Positions 16,735 to 54,523 of a stretch of DNA of 64,000 bases are shown here, in pieces. The notes under the pieces are model-generated. The model saw only the letters and a program-made list of their open reading frames with translations. It was not told where the DNA came from and did no database searches. The position numbers and the translations under genes are program-made. The stretch is from NCBI RefSeq assembly GCF_009914755.1, contig NC_060925.1; one strand, given 5' to 3'. Source of the stretch: the human T2T-CHM13v2.0 reference genome, Homo sapiens. How positions within the stretch are numbered: position 1 is the first letter of the stretch; each line of letters begins with the position of its first letter.

Positions 16735-17913
16735 TAGTGAGGCTGAATGTTTTTCCACATTATTTGTACACAGCCTTTTAGGGTGGTGGATTCTGACCCC
16801 GCTGCACATGCCTGGGCTCCAACATAGAAGAATAAAATAAAAACCTGTGGGCACAGGGTCTGTGGATCAATACTTTTCTAAAAGCATCCTTGTGTGATTC
16901 TAATGTGCATCCGAGGTTGAAAACTATATTTAGGAAAGAAAATGGAAGGAATTAATTGAAACTCTACCTTTATTTTTGTTTTCATTTCCCTGATCCCAGT
17001 CCTGACTTTCACAGGCAATGGTTATTTTTTACGTTTTCTCTACCACTTTTCCAGAGGAACAGTTCCCTTGCTTTTTTCAAATCAAAGTATAGACAACCTG
17101 GTTTTACTTAAACACAAGCTAAAAGTTGTTCCTAAATTTTAGAACATAAATATTGTGTCACCTCATAACATTAATAGTTAACAAAGCCAAAAATAAGCAT
17201 AGAAAATCTACATGTTCTTCAGGCAAGGTAGCCAACAGGACTTCAGACCGAACCAATAGTAGCGACAAATAGCCAGCAATGACAAGGGAAGCTCTAAGTT
17301 CTCACCAGCTGTACTGCATCAACATGCTTTCCAAACCGTGTGTAACATTACGGAGAGTATCCTAAATATCAAATAATAGGAGACTAATTAGGTAAAGTAT
17401 AATACAGTCACTTAATAGGACATAATACAGCTGTAAAGGATGATGGCTGTGAATATTAGATAACAATGTGGGAAAATGCTTATACTGTAATAAGTGAAAA
17501 GAGCATACGATAAACATTTTGATGCAGACAATGTTTAAACAAAAGATGCTTATAAAAGGAATTAGAAGGAAATACAATATCATAGTACTGGTCATATTGG
17601 GAGTTGGGGATTTTCCCAAACTTTCTGTAATTAATTCTTTTAAATAATAAATTGGTCTGGCATGGTGGCTCACACCTGTAATCCCAGCACTTTCAGAGGC
17701 CAAGGCAGGAGGATCACTTGAACCCAGGAGTTCAAAACCAGCCTAGGGAACGAAGTGAGATCTCGTCTCTACCAAAAAAAAATTTTTTTAAGGAATAAAT
17801 TAATTTTTTTAATTACCCAAATGGCAGAATAAGAGAGCAGCTGTCTGGCATGAGAAGTTAGAGACTTGGGTTTTAATATTCCAGTATAGGATAGGTGAAA
17901 GAAATTCCAGAAA

Positions 17914-18585
17914 TGTAACACCCAATGGGTTCTACTTGTCCACTGCCTAGACAGAGCTGATTTATCAAGACAGGGGAATTGCAAGACAGAAAAAGATTAA
18001 TTCATGCAGAGTCAGCTGTATGGGAGACGAGAGTTTTATTACTCAAATCAGTCTCCCCAAAAATTTGATGATAGGGGTTTTTAAGGAAAATTTGGTGGGT
18101 AGGGGGTTAGAAAGTGGGGAGTGTTGATTGATCAGGTCGAAGACTAAATCACAGAAAGTTGAAGCTGTCCTCTTGCACTGAGTCAGTTCCTGGGTGGGGG
18201 CCACAAGACCACATGAGCCAGTTTATCTATCTAGGTGTCATCAGCTGGTGCACCTCAACACAGGGTCTGCAAAATATCTCAAGCACTGATCTCAGGTTTA
18301 CAACAGTGACTCCTAAACCATAATTTCTAATCTTGTGGCTCATTTGTTAGTCCTGCAAAGGCAGTCTAGTCCCCAGGCAAGAAGGGGGTTTGTTTTGGGA
18401 AAGGGCTGTTATCAAGTTTGTTTTGAAGTTAAACTATAAACTAAGTTTCTCCCAAAGTTAGTTGGGCCTACACCTAGGAATGAACAAGAACAGCTTGGAG
18501 GTTAGAAGTAAGATGGAGTTAGTTAGGTCAGATCTCTTTCACTATTATAATTTCTTCAGTCATAATTTTTGCAAAAACAGTTTCA
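17914..18585 (-). mobile_element. LTR8-type solo LTR
   Basis: tgtaacacccaatgggttc...gcctagacagagctgatttatcaagacaggggaattgc...tttttgcaaaaacagtttca. Confidence 0.8.
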
Positions 18586-18712
18586 GAAGTACATGTTGTA
18601 TTATAAACGATGTTAAAACATCAGAGCAACTGTGAACAGCTGGGAAACCCAGAGGATGACAGGTATACTGCTGGATCTTACATCTCTGAAGCTATAGACT
18701 GGAGGATGTTGA

Positions 18713-19108
<396 letters not shown>

Positions 19109-19849
19109 TAAAGAATACCTCCTTATAAAGAACCTAAGTCACAGCTGTGGTAATTGTGAACAACACAGTCTGCAAAAGTACATGCCTATATTATGTAGTG
19201 GGTGCTGATGGTGGCTCAATGGATCAAAAGCCTAGGCTCCCTCTATCTTGTTTTTGCTTCACCATCTTTAACATGTTTCCCTTATCCACATAGTTCAAAA
19301 TAATTCACTACCATATCCACATATCAGGCAGTAAGAAAGAACGACGGGAAGGCAAGGGCATTCCATTTTCCTTTAAGGCACACTACTTCCATTCATATTC
19401 TGTTGGCCAGAACTTACTTACATGGCCTCATTTAACTGCAATAACTCATCCTATGCTGAGTAATATTCTGTTGGCCAGAACTTACATGGCCTCATATAAC
19501 TGCAAGGAAAGCCAGAAAATGTAGTTCCTATGCTGAGTAAACCAGTGCCCAGCAAAAAAAAATCGGGGTATATAATGTAGAAGAAGGAGAAGTTGGATTG
19601 GGTACAACCCCAGCAGTCAATCACTCCGGCATGCACTGACAAGCAAGCTATATCTAGCTTTGTATACATGCCTCTGGCCTACAGGAAGCCAAACTGTTCA
19701 GTTTGGTATCTGGCTAAATTAATCTCTTCAGGGAAAAACATGCAAAATGATTCTTTTATGTACACTTAACAAATAGGAGAAAGAGGAGTACTATTTTGGA
19801 AAATGGAGGAGCCCTGCAAAAACGCATTTAAGGGTAAGACATAACTTAG

Positions 19850-20419
19850 CAGGGGCCAAGGGAAAACTTCTCCTTTACCCTCTGAAGGTTCACTGAAAAA
19901 TCAACTGACAAAAGGCAGATAAATAGGAGAAATAGTATGCAAATCTATTAATGTGTGTGTGGGAGAACCACAGAAAGATTACCCCAGTCTCCAATGAGGT
20001 ATAGAAGCTTATACACCATCTTGAGATTACAGAAAGAATGGGGGCTTAGATCATGGCAAAACAGGTTAAGGGAAGGGGAGAAGAGGAGGCCTCCCTAGCA
20101 AAGGTGGTCTTGTTATATAGATGAAACCTCACAGGTATTATAGCAGCCCTCAGAGAGAATAGATAGTCAATATCGCTTTCACACCTTTAAAGGTTTCAGA
20201 CTCTCAGTGAATCTTTCCTAGATCTGACAAAGGAAGGAAGGCCCTCAGAGAAAGCCTGGCTGAATTTATTCTCTATAGATGCAAATCCCCGCCCCCCATC
20301 CACCTGCTCCCATGAAAGACAACTTTTCAACTGTTCTTGTATTTCCAGCCATTCTGAATAGGTATCCTGAAATATATCAAGGAAATATACTTTGGAGTGA
20401 AATATTTTCATTTCCTTCA
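19850..20419 (-). mobile_element. MER4-group solo LTR
   Basis: ccctctgaaggttcactgaaaaatcaactgacaaaaggcagat...ggaaatatactttggagtgaaatattttcatttccttca. Confidence 0.7.
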
Positions 20420-20671
20420 ACTTACAAGGATATAGGACTCCCTTGGAGTAGTTCTTCCATACCAGTTTAACTAAAATTAGCATCTAGATAAGTCTGCTTT
20501 GTTCTTCCAATCCCTTCTGGTTGTACAAAATGAAGTATATCTCATCAGGAGAAATCAGGAATATCTGTTTGCCTACTTTTGTTAGTATTATAGCAGTGGG
20601 GTATGATGGGAAGATCATAGGCTCTGGGGTCAGATTCTTCTCTTTAGAATAACTTCTTTTAAATAACTTCT

Positions 20672-20900
20672 CAGGAGCTAAATGATAAAAACCTATGAAC
20701 ACAAAGAAGGAAACAACAGATGCTGAGGTCTACTTGAGGAGTAGGGGAAGAGAGAGAGGAGTAGAAAAGAACTATTGGGTACTGTGCTCAATACCTGGGT
20801 GATGAAATAATATCTGCAACAAACTCCTGTGGCACGTTTTGACCTGTGTAATAAACCTTCACATGTGCCCCCAAACCTAAAATGAAATGTAAAAAAACAA
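20672..20900 (+). mobile_element. Short L1 3'-end fragment (L1PA/PB-type)
   Basis: cctgggtgatgaaataatatctgcaacaaactcc...aaaccttcacatgtgcccccaaacctaaaa plus A tail. Confidence 0.75.
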
Positions 20901-21639
20901 GCTTTTATAAAACTAGAAAACACCAGTAACCTTGAACTGTACAATATTTGAGGAAGAGCTGCCTGCAGGGAAGTTCAAACAAGAGTGTGGGGAAATACCT
21001 ACAGACCTCGCTGGCTCAAGATCTCAAATAAATCAGGCAGAGCACAGTTATTCAAAGTATGTGGGACAATATGAGGGGCAAAAAAAAAAAAAAAGTAACT
21101 TGTCTCTCAGGAATCTCCAAGACTCCCCTCAGGTTTGATGACTCCCTAGAATGAAGTGCAAAACTCAGAAAAACAGCTATGGTTATGGTTTATTACAGTG
21201 AAAGGATACAGATTAAAATCAGCTAAGGAAAAAGGCACACAGCTCACAGATCTCAAGAAAAGACTTACTTATGTTACCCATCTATTACAAAGGATATTAC
21301 AAATGATACAGATGAACAGCCAGGTGGAAGAGATGAACAGAGCACATCATCCCTTCCCATGAAGGGGCTTGGAGTTTCTATACCCTCTCTGGGTGCACCA
21401 CCCTCCAGGAACCTGTGTTCAGCTATTTAGAAGTCCCCCAAACCCAGTCCTTTTGGGCTTTTTTGAAAGTTTCATGAGGTAGCCATTGTCAACCTAAAGG
21501 GAAGAAGCTGAGGCAAAATTAATGTAAGTAGAGAATTTATTTGATCCAGGCTTAGGGATTACAACCCAGAGCATAGATTCAAATTGCCCTGAATATACAA
21601 TCTGATTAGCAGAAGTTACAAGTGGATTTTTAAACAAAA

Positions 21640-32815
<11,176 letters not shown>

Positions 32816-32959
32816 GAGGTGGGCGTGGTGGTACACACTTGTAATCCCAGCTACTCAGGAGGCTGAGGCAGGAGAATTGCTTGAACCTGCGAGGTGGAGG
32901 TTGCAGTGAGCCAAGATCATGTCACTGTACTCTAACCTGGGCAACAGAGTGAGACTCTA

Positions 32960-33373
<414 letters not shown>

Positions 33374-34276
33374 TCAGCTCACTGCAACATTTGCCTCCCA
33401 GGTTCAAGCAATTCTGGTGCTTCAGTCTCCTGAGTAGCTGGGATTACAGATGTGCGTCACTATGCCCAGCTAATTTTTGTATTTTTAGTAGAGATGTGGT
33501 TTCACCGTGTTGGCCAGGCTGGTCTTGAACTCCTGGCCTCAAGTGATCTGCCCGCCTCTGCCTCCCAAAGTGCTGGGATTACAGGTGTAAGCCAACACGC
33601 CTGGCCAGCTATACATTATTCTTTGTATCACAAATTTCAAGAACAGAAAATAATGAGTGAGGGAGCTAGTCAAAAACAAAATGATTTTAAAACAGTCACC
33701 CCCAAGCAAATTCAGTTATAAAAAGTCTGAATGGGGGCAGGTAATGACTGAAGTTCTATACTCTTGTCTCTGGGCCTGATGAATTTTGCATGCTTCACAT
33801 AGCTCAGACTGCTCTGAGCTATTTTTCTTTTCTCAGTATGATTGATTAAATCCTTGGCCATTGGTGGTTCAACTCAACCTTCATCCTCTCCCCTCCCTGA
33901 ATGATAAGGGTATGCACCTGGAAGCCCCAACTCTCTAATCATACCTTAGAATCCTGAAGCTCTCTAAGGGCCTCCAGACACCAGTCATTTCATTAACATA
34001 CAAAAGACACTTATTACTCCAGAGTAGATTCCAAGGACTTAAGAGGTTTTTTTGTTTTTGTTTTTTTCCACCAGGAAACCGGGAGGGAGACCAAATCTAT
34101 CTTTGTCAATGTCACAGCCTCCCAGGCCAGTCTCCGTGTCTCATATCTGTAATCTTAGCACTTTGGGAAGCTGAAGTGGGAGAAACATTTGAGGCTAGGA
34201 GTTCGAGACCAGCCTGGGCAACATAGCGAGACCTTGCGTCTACTAAAAATTGTTTTAAAAGTTAACTGAGCATAGT

Positions 34277-34650
34277 TGTATTAGTCACTTCTCATGCTGC
34301 TAATGAAGACATACCCAAGACTGGGCAATTTATAAAGGAAAGACATTTAATTGACTCACAGTTCAGCATGGCTGAGAAGGCCACAGGAAACTTACAATCG
34401 TGGCACAAGGAGAAGCAAACACGTCCTTCACATGGTGGCAGCAAGGAGAGGTGCTGAGTAAAAGGGGAAAAACCCCTTATAAAACCATCAGATCTCATGA
34501 GAACTCACTCACTGTCAATAGAACAGTATGGAGGCAACCGCCCCCATGATTCAATTACCTCCCACCAGGTATCACCTCCCGTCCATGATACATGGGGATT
34601 ATGGGAACTACAAGATAAGATTTCGGTGAGGAGATAGCCAAACCGTATCA
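34277..34650 (-). mobile_element. THE1-type solo LTR inserted within an AluJ (about 34135-34770)
   Basis: tgtattagtc...aaaccgtatca, perfect TSD atagt; the Alu continues on both sides. Confidence 0.88.
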
Positions 34651-34789
34651 ATAGTGATGCACACCTCTAGTCCCAGCTACTCAGGAGGCTGAGGTGGGAG
34701 GATCACTTGAGCTGGGGAGATCAAGGCTGCACAGCAAGACTGTCTCAAAAAAAAAAAAAAAAAAAAAAAAACAAAACATTACAGCCTTC

Positions 34790-34965
34790 CAGGGCAAAGG
34801 GACATTTGGCAATGTCTGGAGACCATTTTAGTTGTTACAACTGTAGGAGGTGCTACTGGCATCTGGTGGGTGGGGGCCAATGATGCTACTAAGCATTCTA
34901 CAGTGCACATTATAGCCTTCCACAGCAAATATTTATCAGGCCTAAAATGTGAACAATGCAGAGGT
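34790..34965. mobile_element. MER20 (hAT-Charlie) fragment
   Basis: gggacatttggcaatgtctggagac...tgctactggcatctggtgggt...tgctactaagcattctacagtgcac. Confidence 0.8.
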
Positions 34966-35174
34966 TTGTTTAGAGTTATTTGGTGTAATCACATCTAGTA
35001 GGTTCAAAGTGAAGCTTCTCCTTAACTTTAAAGAACAACATTCTTTTTGTTTGTATCGCACTCATGCTCCATGAGGTTTGGCTAGTGGTAGTATGGATGC
35101 TTTAATCTATTTTCTTGTTTACTCTGATTAGATATTATAGTAGCTTGAAATGGTAATTTAGACTTTTGTTTCTT

Positions 35175-36570
<1,396 letters not shown>

Positions 36571-36713
36571 CTTAGATGTATCTAAGAATCAGAGTCTTGA
36601 AAGTGACCTATATGGAACTGGCTTTTAGAAGTCCAGATTCACTGGGTGGCTTATGCCTGTAATCCCAGCACTTTGGGAGGCTGAGGCAGGAGGATAGTTT
36701 GAGGCAGAGTTTA

Positions 36714-36932
<219 letters not shown>

Positions 36933-37201
36933 TCAATGCAAGGACTGAGAACAGGCCAAGCCATCTGGAAATTAGATAAGATTGAAGGGAGTATATCACT
37001 GTCCAAGATACAGCCAAGAACGAGGAAATTTTAAGTTAATGACTGAATTAGTGGAACAGGAGTCAGAATTTAGATGTCAGGGATAAAAAATCAGTTATAC
37101 CACAATAAAAAAATCAAGGAGTTTCCTAAATTAAACTCAGATGCTAAAGTTATACCACAACCATCAGTACAAGACCAAGGTAGTCCAAGTGCGGTAGCTC
37201 A

Positions 37202-37698
<497 letters not shown>

Positions 37699-37712
37699 TC
37701 AGATGTGTCTAA

Positions 37713-37886
<174 letters not shown>

Positions 37887-38993
37887 TAAAAGGTGAAGAG
37901 CTCACTGGTGATTCCCATGGTCAGCCATTTGGAGAAAGCCTTTTCATTTTAAAAATTATTTGAGACCCCTTCATAGTCCTCGTTTTCATTTCTTTTCTTT
38001 GCACCATCTTTCAATAAGTAATTCTTTAAGCCCTGACCAAAAGTACATAAGACTCCTAGTGCTGCTACACGGAATTGAATACTGAAAATACTCTGTACTG
38101 CCAACTTATGATCAATGTCTTTCTTCAGATGGAAATGCCTTTTCTTGAACACTCCTGAGCACAGACTTCCAAACCACTCTCAGTAACTCATTTCTGCTTT
38201 GTGGAGCCCTCATTTTGCCTCAGACTTCAGTGTCAGTTTTAAATGGCAGTGAAAATAGGTGATCCTTACTCCTTTATCAGTCCTTGCCTTCAAGCTTTTT
38301 TATGTTTGTCTTATTGCCCTTGTGACTTAGTGGTGGATGAATAAACAGGAAATGGGACAGATGAATAGAATCAAATGCAGAATGGTTGTGGGATTATTAA
38401 ACTATATAAATTCAGGATGGAGAGTAACTGACTAGGCCAGTAAGGTTTTCCCTTCTTGGGGTCACTAGCCCTTTCAGAATATTGAGAACTCTATCATCAT
38501 TCCTAAAATATTCATTTCCACACTCAACAAATTTTTATACCACCACTGTGTGCCAAGGATACCATAACCATTAATGTAATTTCAGTGATTCCATCAACTA
38601 TCCTGGGACCCTAGGTCAAGAATTCCCAGACTATACACAATAAAGCATTTTTGGAATATAATAGGTGGGTCACAAATATTGCATTCTTAGTTTTAAAAAA
38701 TTGGCTGGGTGCAGTGGTTCATGCCTGTAATTCCAGCACTTTGGGAGGCCAAGGCAGGAGGATTGCTTGAGGCCAGGAGTTCAAGGTTACAGTGGGCTAT
38801 AATTGTGCTTATAAATAGCCACTGCACTCCAGCCTGGGCAACATAGAGAAGCTCTGTCTCTAACTAAAATAAAAAATCCTCTTGATACTCTAAACTATAG
38901 TGAGAGAAGAAAAATAAGTTGGATTTTTGCAGTCCTCCTTTTTTTGCCATTAATTTTTCAAACTTTTAGAGACTGAGATCCAGCTTAGAACTA

Positions 38994-39431
<438 letters not shown>

Positions 39432-39569
39432 CTAGTTCATGGGTCCATCAGACATATCATCAGCCTATTTCTATATTATCAGTTCTTTTTCATACTTTTG
39501 CATTTTGCTTCTAGGCCAGAAAAACAGTCTTCTGCTTTCAACAGGCATGCTAGCTTTCTTCCTGACTAC

Positions 39570-39978
39570 ACTGGGTTGAATAGCGTCCCTCAAATTCATG
39601 TCCTAGAACCTTAGAATGTGACCTTATATAGAAATAGGGTCTTTGCAGATACAATTAGTTAAGTGAGATTATCCTGGATTAGGGTGAATCATAAATCTAA
39701 GATGATTGCTGTCCTTATAGGAAGAGGGGAAAACACACAGACAGACACAGACAGGGGAAGAATGCCTCATGATGATGAATTCAGAGACTGGAATGATACA
39801 GCTACAAGCCAAGAAATAGCAAGGGTTGCTGGCAACCACCAGAAGCTAGGAGAAAGGCATGCAACACAATCTCTCCTGGAGCCCCCATGAGTAATTAACC
39901 CTGACAACAATGTGATTTCAGATTTCTGTCACTCAAAACTATGAGAAAATGTTATGGCAGCCCTAGGAAACTAATGCA
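39570..39978 (+). mobile_element. MLT1-type solo LTR
   Basis: gggttgaatagcgtccc...agaatgtgaccttat...gtctttgcagat...gttatggcagccctaggaaactaatgca. Confidence 0.8.
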
Positions 39979-40310
39979 CCTACCCAAAGAACCACAGGTC
40001 TTCATAAAATGTGCTGGAGCTCCCAAATAAGCAGAGGCTGAGAGAATAATTGGATCTTTTGCTCACTGCCATTGAAGGGTACTGTGGGCTTTGGCCTTAA
40101 ATAGACTTGGATTCAAATTCTAGCCCTGCCTGTAAGCTTGGACAAGTCTCTGTGTATCACTTTCCTCATCTGTAAAATGAGGGAAATAATCCCTACCTTA
40201 CATACACAAGGCTTTTGTGAGTATTAAAACATACAATTTCTAAAGTGGTACTTGGTACATACACATTTTTCATAGATGTTATTTTCCTTTTTTTGGTATA
40301 TAATCTCTTA

Positions 40311-40460
<150 letters not shown>

Positions 40461-41107
40461 TCAAAAAAAAAAAAAAAAATCTTAGAAGAATGTTAATTGG
40501 TGGATTCATTGTTCACATGAGAAATTGTTGACAGAATTAGAACGACTTAGCCTAGAGAAGACTGATGTTAGAGCTTTTAATGCCACAGTGGTACAAACCT
40601 AGGAATTCTTATTTTATGTATATTTTAGGGCCCAAGGACCAGAGCACTGAGCATAAAAATGCCAGATTTCTTTCTAAGTCTCCAAAAAGTAATGCCACTT
40701 CTTTTGGCTTCATTCCTTCAGCTTTTTCTTTATATAATGAGTCAATTGAGACTTCTGTTGTGACCACTCAAACCAGACTTTCCCATTTTATCCTATTATC
40801 ACAGCATGTGTCTGGAATTTTTGTTTGTTTTAAAAAATACAGTATTTCCCAAGGACAAGGTGTCAGTCACCTTCCTCATGCAGTACACTTTTTAATCCAG
40901 TTAGAGCTGTCTAGGGTTTATCTGTGGGATGATTGCTTCTATTCTCAATCCTTACCAATACATTATTAATTAAATGTCTTTAAATTATAGCAGGTCAGAC
41001 TACCATTAGATATTGCCGGGTCCCTGAGATGGACTTTAAAATCTGGAATAGCTTTTTCGGAACATAATCTAATCAACATCCTACAGGTCTTTAATAATAG
41101 ATGGATG

Positions 41108-42803
<1,696 letters not shown>

Positions 42804-42967
42804 CTACAGTGAATGACAATGTCAGCAAACAGATAGAAACAGACTAGGGGACAGGAAAAAAAAAGTAAATAAGGGAAAATTTCTGCTAGATTTAGAAACA
42901 GGCTTATGCTCTTAAATTTATCATACTTTCTCCTGCTGTGGTAATTAGGAGACTTTCTAATCCCTAG

Positions 42968-43105
<138 letters not shown>

Positions 43106-44564
43106 TAGGTGCCATCCTGCCTGGGAGCCAATAAACTCCACAAGAGGATGTTTCTCCCTCAACAAAGAGATGGTTCTAGAGACTGTCCTTTGAGTTTGTA
43201 GCCTACCCTATGACTCTCGCTCCGCTGTCTGCTGTTTTTGGCAGATCATACAAGTGGCAGAAATTGTTAAATTAAAGAGAAAAATATCATGGAGGAGGCT
43301 GGTTGGCTATTTAGATAGGCTGTTTCATAATGTCATTGCCTCACTGAGGACTTGGCTGTGTGCATTCTGGCCTGTCATTTTGTGTGTGTTGATCCACATT
43401 TTTATTATTGGATACCTATGGAATCAAGGTAGAACAAGAGAGAATTAGGCTCACAGAAGTAACTTAAATTCATGAAATCCACAGGATATCAGTGTATTAA
43501 TTTTTAATGAGAAATATTATAAGCAGAAAATAAGTCATATATCAGCCAGCCTGAGCATTCTCTTCTTCATAGGAGACTTTCATTATAATCAAAGAGAGTG
43601 GGTTGATGTTAACAAATAATGTCACCAATAATAACTGGAATGATTAAGATTTGTCTGAGCAATTACTATATGCTAGGCACTGTTCTAAGCTCTTTCCTTC
43701 ATTTAATCCTGACACCAATCCCAGGAGAGAGGCACTATTAGCCTTATTTTACAGATAGGAAGCCAAGGTCTAGAGAGGTGAGGGAACTCACTCAGCCCAG
43801 TCAGTGACAGAGCAGCATGTGGACCTCAGCAGCTTGGCCCTAGACCATAGCACCATAGTCTGGGGAGAGGACTGCCAAGCAGACTGTAATGTTCTTGTCC
43901 ACTGCTTTGGGCACACGTCTCTGGGCAGGCTTGGAGAATCTCTGATCTTTTACTGTCTGTGTCTCCCCTTTTAGATGTCCCATATAAATCATTGCTCTTC
44001 TCAAACTGTCATAGCTTCTGACAGTCAGGATCCAACACAATTAACTCATTACCTTTGCATTAACATTAATCATATTTCTATCTTGCCCTACTGATGACAC
44101 AATCACCTGGACTGGATTGAATGTTTTCCTTACAGTAAGTTTCTTCCAAGGAGTATTTCCTCATTTTACAAATAAGGAAACTGAGGCTCAGATTTGTCAC
44201 AACAGTGTATATTTCATCAGGTTGCTGTGCATATTAAATGAGCTAATACATGAAAAGTTTTAAGTGCTTACTGTGTGGGTAGGTTACATTGCATAAGTAC
44301 ATGGCAAGTACTTGAAACATGGTTGCTGCTGCTGCTACCACTATTTCTACTTCACAAGAAATCAGAATCCGATCAGTATGATAACAGAACCAGATGCAAG
44401 CTATGTAGCTACAATATTTGAAGGGATACAGAGTCTCTCTTGTTTCATTCCCACCCTAAATGGGATCATATCCTTCCTTAAATTTTTCAAGGGCTAGAAT
44501 TAATACTCTTGTACATGTATTTAATAACCATGTACAGCCCAGAAGTTTATTAACTTTTACTTGG

Positions 44565-45027
44565 TGTATTAGGGTTCTCTTAGAGGAAAAGAACAGAATA
44601 GGAGACATAAATATGTATATGTAAAGGAGAGTATATACATATATATAAAGAGGAGTTTATTAAGTATTAACTTACACAATCACAAAGTCCACAATAGGCT
44701 GTCCACAAGCTGAGGAGCAAGGAGAGCCAGTCCGAGTCCCAAAACTGAAGAACTCAGAATCCTGTGTTTGAGGGCAGGAAGCATCCAGCATGGGAGAAAG
44801 ATGTAAACTGGGAGGAGAGGCCTGTCTCTCTTTTTCACGTTTTTCTGCCTGCTTTATATTCACTGGAAGCTGATTAGATTGTGCCCACCAGATTAAGAGG
44901 GGATCTGCCTTCCCCAGCCCACGACTCAAATGTTAATCTCCTTTGGCAACACCCTCACGGACACACCCAGGATAATACTTTGTATCCCTCCATGCAATCA
45001 AGTTGACACTCAGTATTAAACAACACA
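44565..45027 (-). mobile_element. MLT2A (HERVL) solo LTR
   Basis: tgtattagggttctct...ggcaacaccctcacggacacacccagg...caatcaagttgacactcagtattaaacaacaca; flanks cttgg/cttgt. Confidence 0.88.
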
Positions 45028-45089
45028 CTTGTTCTTGGAATATGGTGGGAATTATTCTGTCAAACTTGCTTCTAAAATCTGGACAGTAG

Positions 45090-45458
<369 letters not shown>

Positions 45459-46629
45459 TAGCAGACCCTGAGACTGCTCTTGATCAGCCAGATTTTAGTA
45501 AACTATCTCCTCCTGTGTGATCTCCAAGCAATTTGTATATGCCTCATAGCTTCTTCCTTAATACACTGTATTGTCATTGCCCTTTTTCTCCTCTATCTCA
45601 TTAACTCAGCAGTGAGTTCCTGGAGGGCAAGGAGTGTATCTCATATATTACTGTATCTATGGACAGGTACTCCATAAATATTTGAGAATGAATAAATATT
45701 CAGTGTTTTAACATATGTGCCTTACTCTCAACAGCACTGTTTGCCATGTATGATTCTAGCCCCATCTAAAACATGAGCAAATCTGAGACTCAGTTAAGTA
45801 AAGTGAAGTTTGCTATGGCAAAGAGTCAAGCCTAAAGAGAGCATCTGAGTGAAAGAGAAGCAATTATGTTCCAAAAGTCCAAGCAGACAAGTGGCCAAAT
45901 ACAGAGAGATGCAGAAAATAGTACAGGTTCAGATCAGGTCCATAGTCTGTCTGGTAAGCAAGTCAGCAAGAGGGACTTCAATGAACAGAATCATATTCTG
46001 AAGCCAAGATGGAGGCTGATTACTTTCTTCTCTGGTTTATATCACCTACTAGATGTTTCTTCCCAAGATACTGGATAGTAGATCCTGCTTGTTGATCACT
46101 GTTGCTGTAAGACTTGTTTGGTCTCAGAGAGGTGATTATTTCCAAGCTATATGAGTGGGTTTTCGTTTTTTTTTCTGATTTTGTCAAAAGTAGAACTGCC
46201 AAGTAGTGTGGCTTGATATCCAGTAATTTATGTCTTTCCTTGAGCCACAACTGTTTTCAATTGTCTAGTCATTCATTCTTTTACTTATTCATTCAATGAA
46301 TACTTATCAATTCCAGGAAATGGCCTAGGTCCTGGGAATAAAAAGATAGTCCCTGTTTTCAGAGGCCTTTGGTCTACTAGAGAAGGACAAACACATTTGT
46401 AAATAAGTACTATAGTATTACAAGTGCTGAGTTAGAAGACTTAATGGAGTATGTCTGGGACCAATAGCTTTGCGATCCATATTGTTAACCTTGAATGAAG
46501 ATAAGAATGGTCACATGGATCAGAACTATAGCACATCAAACTCAATATTCCGTATGTGTCAAAGGTACTAACTTCTAACATCTTGATACCTATTGAAATA
46601 AATAACTCCAAAATTGTTTTTAAACTTAG

Positions 46630-53010
<6,381 letters not shown>

Positions 53011-53029
53011 ACTTTCTGACCATCACAAT

Positions 53030-53565
53030 ATCCAAGAGAAATAAAAATATATGTCCTACCAGAAACTTGTAGATAAATATTCATAGCAGCATTATTCATA
53101 ATAACTAAAAAGTGAAAACAACCCACTCTCCATCCCCTGATGAATGGATAAACAAAATGTGTTTTATCCAAACACTGGAATATTATTCAGCCATAAAAGA
53201 CATAAACTATTGATACTTACTCTAACATAATGAAGCTTGAAAACATGATAATATTTTAAAGAAGGCAGACATAAAAGGCCACATATTGTATGATTCTATT
53301 TATATGAAACATCCAGAATAAGGAAATCCATAAAGACAGAAAGTATATTAGTGATTGCCAAGGATTTGGGGGAGGAATAAATGGGGAGTAGACTGCTCCT
53401 GGGTATGGGCTTTTTTGGGGGGTGATGAAAATATTCTGGAATTAGACAGTGGTGATGGTTGCATAAGTGTGTGAGTACATTAGAAAGCACTGAATTGAAC
53501 CCGTTAAAAGGGAAAACTTTATAGTATGTGAATTACTTCTCAACAAAGCAGTTATTTTAAAAATA
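53030..53565 (+). mobile_element. L1MB/ME-type 3'-end fragment
   Basis: ttcatagcagcattattcataata...gatgaaaatattctggaattagacagtggtgatggttgc. Confidence 0.75.
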
Positions 53566-53870
53566 AAATTTTCTGCAATATCTCCAAAATTTATATAACA
53601 AAAGAAGCAAGGTGAAGATAGTATGTATAGTACCATGTGTGTAAAACTAGATAGACAGATATAGATAGATCGTCTATAGATAAATATAGATAGGTTATAT
53701 ATATATAGAGAGAGAGGGCAACCAGCTTTTCATTCTGTACCCTTTTATGTTTTTCATTGTTTGTACTATGTGCAGGTATTGTATCTATTATATATATATT
53801 TTTTTCTAGGATCATATAGCTAATGGTTTATCATTATAACTTTTCACATTCATCCTTTCTTTCCTTTTAG

Positions 53871-53938
53871 GAAACAACAATTAGTGACATCCTTGAATCC
53901 GAAGTAGTGAATGAAATATTGCCTTTATCAAACTCCAG
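53871..53938 (+). CDS. CCDC30: CCDC30 penultimate coding exon ([23 protein letters not shown]), phase 0 to 2
   Basis: Long pyrimidine tract cctttctttccttttag|GAA, donor CAG|gttagt; 68 nt. Confidence 0.88.
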
Positions 53939-54181
53939 GTTAGTAAAGTCAAGACAAATAAAGTCAAGTCTATCTGAGATGGACTGTCAGCCATGCCTGA
54001 GAGTCATGGCTGCCTAACTAGTCCTGGATTGCTGGCTTGAGAAGGCATAGCTTTCTGGGGTCATTTTCTCTACATGAATTATTTGAATCTTCTTCCAATT
54101 CCTCCCCTTGCCACTCCTTCAACTCTAAACCCCACAGAATCCTGACTTAAGGTAGGAAATAAAATATGAACATAGGTTTAA

Positions 54182-54523
<342 letters not shown>

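Noticed and set aside
40530-40570. Faint resemblance to U6 snRNA (aattagaacgacttagcctagagaag)
   Set aside because: Too short and gapped, with no U6 5' or 3' sequence; cannot support a pseudogene call
40565-40969. 134-aa ORF in non-Alu intronic DNA
   Set aside because: No recognisable domain, no clear splice or promoter context; compatible with chance
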